Source: Trueperaceae bacterium (GTDB lineage Bacteria > Deinococcota > Deinococci > Deinococcales > Trueperaceae). From it: a stretch of DNA of 64,000 nucleotides. The stretch spans positions 3,712,001 to 3,776,000 of the forward strand of contig OZ243913.1 of the NCBI GenBank assembly GCA_965213705.1. Reading direction: 5' to 3'. The notes under the pieces are model-generated. The model worked only from the letters and a program-made list of their open reading frames with translations, was not told where the DNA came from and ran no database searches. The translations under genes were made by a program, and so were the position numbers. Below are positions 59,628 through 64,000 of this stretch, piece after piece (position 1 is the first letter of the stretch; every line of letters begins with the position of its first letter).

Positions 59628-59921
59628 TTAGGCCTTGACGGCTTCCTTGAGCGCCTTACCGGGTCGAAAAGCAGGATACTTGCTGGCCGGAATCTTGATG
59701 CGTTCGGTCGTGCCGGGTTTGACACCCGCGCGCGCCTTACGACTGCGCACTTCGAAGGTACCGAAACCGGTGAGCTGAACTGTTTGGTTCTTGTCCAGGT
59801 GCTGAGTGATGTGAGTAAGCATCGTGTCGACCACGGTTTTGACGTCTTTTTTCGTCATACCCGTGTCGTCGGCAACGAGGTCGACCAAATCGGCTTTAGA
59901 AACGGTCTTCTGCTTCGCCAT
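59628..59921 (-). CDS. hup: DNA-binding protein HU
   Basis: VQLTGFGTFEVR.RKARAGVKPGT.E.IKIPASKYPAFRPGKALK. Confidence 0.96.
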   Translation of the reverse strand: MAKQKTVSKADLVDLVADDTGMTKKDVKTVVDTMLTHITQHLDKNQTVQLTGFGTFEVRSRKARAGVKPGTTERIKIPASKYPAFRPGKALKEAVKA

Positions 59922-60271
59922 AAGCTCCTCCTAAATTTTTGTTTCGTGAGCACTCTAGCATGGCGATAATGAGAAAGCAAGTTCCTCACGTCGTTTTTGG
60001 GGTTGGCGAGGCGGCCGTAAAGCAGGCGTGACCTAAGCTTTGAAAACCCTCGTTTCCGCGGACGCTCTCTTCAAATTCTGCGCAGAGCGTGCCCTCAGGT
60101 GCCCGGACTCAGGAGGAGAGTCTCGACATGTACCGACATACAGTGGTGGGCAACGAAACTCCGTTTGAGGCGTCAACTAAAAAAGAACGACTGCCTGCGC
60201 CGCTCTTTTTTAGTGTCGTTTTTAAGTTTACCTTGTAGCTGGTTTGTGGCTGATTCGTGTCGGAAGAGCGT

Positions 60272-60916
60272 CTAAAAGCCCTCGGCGATGTCGCTCAGGC
60301 CAGCGGTGTCCAGCAACACGATACTGCGGTAGCCCGACTCGATGAGGCCGTCGCTGCGCAGTTCGGTGATGATTTTCGACACGCTCTCGCGCGTGCTCGC
60401 CGTGCCCTCGGCGATAAGTTCGTGCGTGGCTGAGACGACCGGGCGCCCCGACTCGTCGGCGGTGCAGAGCGGCGTTTCGGAGAGTTTGATGAGGTAACGG
60501 GACACGCGTTGGCGCAGGTCACCCGTCTGCAAGTGATATTCGTAGTCCATCAGGCGCTGCATCTGTTTGGACAAGGATTGGGTAATCGTCATGAGGTCGC
60601 CGTAGTTGATGAGTTGGGGGTCGATGGCCTCGATTTGGGCGCTGGTCAGGGCCTCGGCAATTTCCTCGCGCTTGCCGCTCATAAACGCTTCTTCTCCAAA
60701 AAAGTCACCGGGCATGACGTGGCGAACCGTTAACACACGGCCCTCGGGCGTCATACGGGTGATGCGAATAAGACCGTCACGGACGCGAAAGACCGACTGG
60801 GCCGGGTCGCCGTTGTGGTAAAGCGTTTGCTTGCGCTGAAACTTCAGCGTTTGAAAAGGTGCTTCTAAGGTGGGGTACTCGCTTACGGTTTCGGGCACTG
60901 AGTGTAACGTCATCAT
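60272..60916 (-). CDS. Crp/Fnr family regulator (LdrP/DdrI-like)
   Basis: LYHNGD, PGDFFGEEA, HTH ATHELIAEGTASTRESVSK. Confidence 0.88.
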   Translation of the reverse strand: MMTLHSVPETVSEYPTLEAPFQTLKFQRKQTLYHNGDPAQSVFRVRDGLIRITRMTPEGRVLTVRHVMPGDFFGEEAFMSGKREEIAEALTSAQIEAIDPQLINYGDLMTITQSLSKQMQRLMDYEYHLQTGDLRQRVSRYLIKLSETPLCTADESGRPVVSATHELIAEGTASTRESVSKIITELRSDGLIESGYRSIVLLDTAGLSDIAEGF

Positions 60917-61283
60917 GAAACTGCCTCCCTGGGCGTGAATGGCGCACAGCTTTTCGCTACGCAGATTTTCGTTGTGCAGGTGCGGTGTTTGACTATAAAC
61001 AGGTACGGTGTTTGACTACAAAGAGGTGAAGCCTCGAGTCCAAACCTGAAACGCTTGCTCACATGGTCGACTTTCCGCAAGTTCTGTAACTCACTCATGC
61101 CCTCCCCGGCTGGCGCGACGTTTTTGCTGGGTTGCCCGTTTGCGAAGTCGCTTCGGCCGCTCGCGCTGGCGACCTCACGACTCCGCAAACCGTCCAAAAT
61201 CGGACCCGAACGCTTGACAAGACAGTTCTCAGTAACGCGGTTTATAGAAACGTTCCCAGCGACAGAAAAGTTGAGGTTTTGCA

Positions 61284-62174
61284 TCAGCGGTCTACTTTCT
61301 CGAGCAACGTCGTCAAAGTCCTGACGACCTCCGACAAAGAGTTGGAGAGGTACTTGCCCCCCAAACTTCTGGCTAGTTCGGGTTGTTGGTCGAAGGCTAC
61401 ACCGCCGAAAACGAGCACGGGTGCGATGTTGCGGAGCATTTCGCGCTTCGCCATAAGCCGTTCTACCGACGTGCTCAGCGAGGCTGAGACCATGACCGCC
61501 GCAGGTGTGAGCGTCCTCGCCATGTCTACCAAGTCCGGAACGGGTGTGTTGGCACCGACGTAGTAGACCCGGTAGCCCGCGCGTTTGATAAGCACGGCCA
61601 ACATGAGCGCGCCGAGTTCGTGCTGGTCGTGCGGAGCGCAGGCCACGATGACGGCCGCCGCCTTGGAACGGCTGGGGGTAAGGCTGAACAGGGCGCGCAA
61701 CCGCCCCTGCAAGTACTGGCTCGCAAAATGCTCGGTCGCCACGTTGATTTCACCGCGGTGCCAACGCTCGCCCAGCTCTTGCATGACGCCTTGCATCAGC
61801 TCGAGCATCACCGTGTCAACCGTGTGCAAGGCGTAGGCCTCGCTCAAGATTTCGTCAGCGCGCACCTCGTCGAGGTCCAGAAAAGCCGCCAGCAGTTCGT
61901 ACAGAAGCGTTTGGCTCGCGCGCGGCCCAACCGGCGCGACGCTCTGGTGCTTGACGAGTTCGGCGGCTCGGGAGGCCGGAACGCCGTCTTCGATGTGGCG
62001 CTTCATTCCCTCTATTTGCTCTAGGTCCAAGTCGCTGTACAGGCGGTAGCCCGAGTCCGAGCGCTCCGGCAATGGGAACTCGTAGCGGCGTTCCCACTGG
62101 CGCAGGGTGCTGGCCGGCACCTTGGTCCGCTCTTCAACTTCGTTTACCGTGTATTTGCCGGCCACCCGGTTCAC
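61284..62174 (-). CDS. carH: B12-binding MerR-type photoreceptor repressor (CarH/LitR family)
   Basis: MerR HTH TLRQWERRY; W-x9-EH (WHRGEINVATEH); DQHELG cobalamin motif. Confidence 0.85.
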   Translation of the reverse strand: MNRVAGKYTVNEVEERTKVPASTLRQWERRYEFPLPERSDSGYRLYSDLDLEQIEGMKRHIEDGVPASRAAELVKHQSVAPVGPRASQTLLYELLAAFLDLDEVRADEILSEAYALHTVDTVMLELMQGVMQELGERWHRGEINVATEHFASQYLQGRLRALFSLTPSRSKAAAVIVACAPHDQHELGALMLAVLIKRAGYRVYYVGANTPVPDLVDMARTLTPAAVMVSASLSTSVERLMAKREMLRNIAPVLVFGGVAFDQQPELARSLGGKYLSNSLSEVVRTLTTLLEKVDR

Positions 62175-62186
62175 TTCCCTCCGACA

Positions 62187-62247
62187 ACCTGTACAAAGTC
62201 TGTACGAAACTTCAAACAGTATAGTAGGCTGCTACGCATTTCGTCAA
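62187..62247 (-). promoter_or_regulatory. carH promoter with downstream 11-bp direct repeats
   Basis: TTGACG-N18-TATACT on minus; on plus, repeats acctgtacaaa/gtctgtacgaa/acttcaaacag. Confidence 0.55.
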
Positions 62248-62417
62248 CGTTACCAAAGTACCTAGCTGACAGGTACTTCAGACATCATAAACAGTTATTG
62301 TTGTTGCAGTCGAGTATTTTGATGTACTGGAGCTTTCGGAAAAGACTCCCTTCGCCCTTGCGAGCGGGGCGTAGAGTCTTTGAACAGCTTTGCCCTTTGA
62401 AGGGGTAAACTGTGCGA

Positions 62418-62882
62418 ATGAACACCAAAAAGAAGGTCGACTTGTACACGGACGGTTCCTGCGATACCGGCACCCGACGCGGGGGCTGGGCTTACTTGCT
62501 CGTTTACAACGGGGTCCGCCAGCAGGCTGCAGGTTTCGAAGCCGACACGACCAACAACCGCATGGAACTGAGCGCCGCCGTGAGGGGGCTGGAGCGGCTC
62601 AAAGAAAGCTGCTGCGTCACTCTTACGACCGACTCGCAGTACCTGCGCCGCGCCTTCACGGACGGCTGGTTGAACACGTGGCAGCGCAACGGTTGGCAGA
62701 CCTCGGCTAAAAAACCCGTCAAAAACAAAGACCTGTGGCTCGAGCTGCTGGCTTTAGCGGCGGTTCACGAGCTTGCCTGGGCGTGGATCAAAGGCCACGC
62801 GGGCCACGCCGAAAACGAACTCGTCGACGCCCTAGCGTTGCAAGCGCGCAAAACGGGCAAGTCGTTCGGAGAGGGCGCTTGA
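62418..62882 (+). CDS. rnhA: Ribonuclease HI
   Basis: YTDGSC, TTNNRMEL, TDSQY, PVKNKDLW, WIKGHAGH.ENE.VD. Confidence 0.97.
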   Translation: MNTKKKVDLYTDGSCDTGTRRGGWAYLLVYNGVRQQAAGFEADTTNNRMELSAAVRGLERLKESCCVTLTTDSQYLRRAFTDGWLNTWQRNGWQTSAKKPVKNKDLWLELLALAAVHELAWAWIKGHAGHAENELVDALALQARKTGKSFGEGA

Positions 62883-63006
62883 AAACGAGCCCGAGAGAGA
62901 TGGACGGTCAGCTTGTTAGCTGGTCCTGTGCCGAACGAAGACTCTCTGCTGATTTAGCGCTTGAGAGTCTTCGTTTGGCACACTTTATTCAGGGGAACGG
63001 CCGGGC

Positions 63007-64000
63007 TTACTTGCGCCGGTCCGGGTCGCCGAAAACCAGGACGCGTTTGCGGCCGGGCCGCGGCGCGGTCGGTGCCGGTCGGGGCGTGGTGGCTCGAGCC
63101 GTGTTTGACCGGTCGCTCTGGGTCCGGGGGGCTCTGCCGTCCGCCCTGCGCGCGTCGGTCTTGGGCGCGTCGGTTTTGGGCGCGTCCGCTTGGGGCGGGG
63201 TGGCCTCTAGCTTGTCGGGACGCCCCGCCCGGTCGGGCAGCGCACCTGCGTTTTGCTCGGCGCGGTCGTCCTCTTTAGGGTGCGTTTTGCGCGACAACGG
63301 CGTCTTGAGGTCCTTGGGCGGCTTGGTGTGTTCACGTTCGCGCTCTTCTGGCTCGGCTTCGGGCAGTTCCATGTAACCGGGGATGAGGTCTATTTGCCGC
63401 TGAACCGGGTTGCTCGCCAAAATCTTGACTTCCAGCCGGTCGCCAAGTCGGAACTTGCGCCGCGAGTGTTTGCCCAAGAGCATTAGCGAATCTTCTAAGT
63501 AAACGTAATAGTCGTCGTCGAGCTGTGACACGTGAATCAGGCCCTCGACCGCGTTCGGCAGCGCCACGAACACGCCGAAGTTCGTCACGCCGCTGATGAC
63601 GCCGCCGAACTTCTCGCCGACGTGGTCTTTGGCCCAGCGCGCGTGGTAGTAGCGGGTGAGGTCGCGCTCGGCGTCCTCGGCGGTGCGCTCGCGCTCGGAG
63701 GTGTGCTCGGCCAGCGCGGGAAAGTCGCTTTTCAGACGTTCTTTCAAGGTCGGCGACAAACGGCGCTGGAGCAGCGCGCGCAGCACGCGGTGGACGACCA
63801 GGTCGGGGTAGCGACGAATCGGACTGGTGAAGTGCAGGTAGTAGTCGAAGGCGAGGCCGAAGTGGCCCAAGTTGTCGGCGCTGTAGCGCGCCTGTTTGAG
63901 CGACCTCAGCAGCAAGGTATTGACGAGTTGCGCTTCGGGCTTGCCGGCGGCTTTTTTGATAATGTCCTGGAGGTCCTGGGGCGAGGCCTCGGCTTTCTCG
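63007..64000 (-). CDS. rnr: Ribonuclease R, C-terminal part (truncated by the window edge)
   Basis: GHFGLA..YYLHFTSPIRRYPDL, S1 domain, basic tail. Confidence 0.93.
   Translation of the reverse strand, partial: EKAEASPQDLQDIIKKAAGKPEAQLVNTLLLRSLKQARYSADNLGHFGLAFDYYLHFTSPIRRYPDLVVHRVLRALLQRRLSPTLKERLKSDFPALAEHTSERERTAEDAERDLTRYYHARWAKDHVGEKFGGVISGVTNFGVFVALPNAVEGLIHVSQLDDDYYVYLEDSLMLLGKHSRRKFRLGDRLEVKILASNPVQRQIDLIPGYMELPEAEPEEREREHTKPPKDLKTPLSRKTHPKEDDRAEQNAGALPDRAGRPDKLEATPPQADAPKTDAPKTDARRADGRAPRTQSDRSNTARATTPRPAPTAPRPGRKRVLVFGDPDRRK

Overview
GC-rich chromosomal window, most likely from a Deinococcota bacterium (Trueperaceae-like; inferred from the CarH/LitR plus CRP pair, pervasive leaderless TANNNT-N5-7-start genes and Deinococcus-type small repeats). 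Housekeeping content: modABC, rpsP-KH-rimM-trmD, ExoIII, ruvB, a sugar ABC operon, acetoacetyl-CoA synthetase, trkAH, a minor type IV pilin operon, secreted protease lipoproteins, actP with two divergent acs paralogues, tag, sdaAB/AA, hup, rnhA and a partial rnr. An accessory patch at about 43-52.4 kb holds three toxin-antitoxin pairs, an RHH/2-TM pair split by a MITE-like element, a decayed M3 peptidase 3' end, an HTH-small protein-ABC module and an orphan molybdoenzyme large subunit. The most intriguing signal is a compact minus-strand unit at 51.6-52.5 kb: a sigma70 promoter, a 37-aa leader peptide ending in Trp-Trp, and a terminator that can be sequestered by the Trp codons, followed by three small ORFs. 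Two of these resemble a fourth small protein that heads the ABC operon at 46.8 kb. Other notable signals are a ~125-bp structured repeat in two copies, a palindromic element inserted in frame in an enzyme, recurrent 15-bp micro-duplications, CTCGAG excess with GATC depletion, and a frameshifted PAS-GAF-GGDEF-EAL gene. No rRNA, tRNA, CRISPR array, integrase or transposase was recognised. All calls come from reading the sequence by eye; no searches were run.
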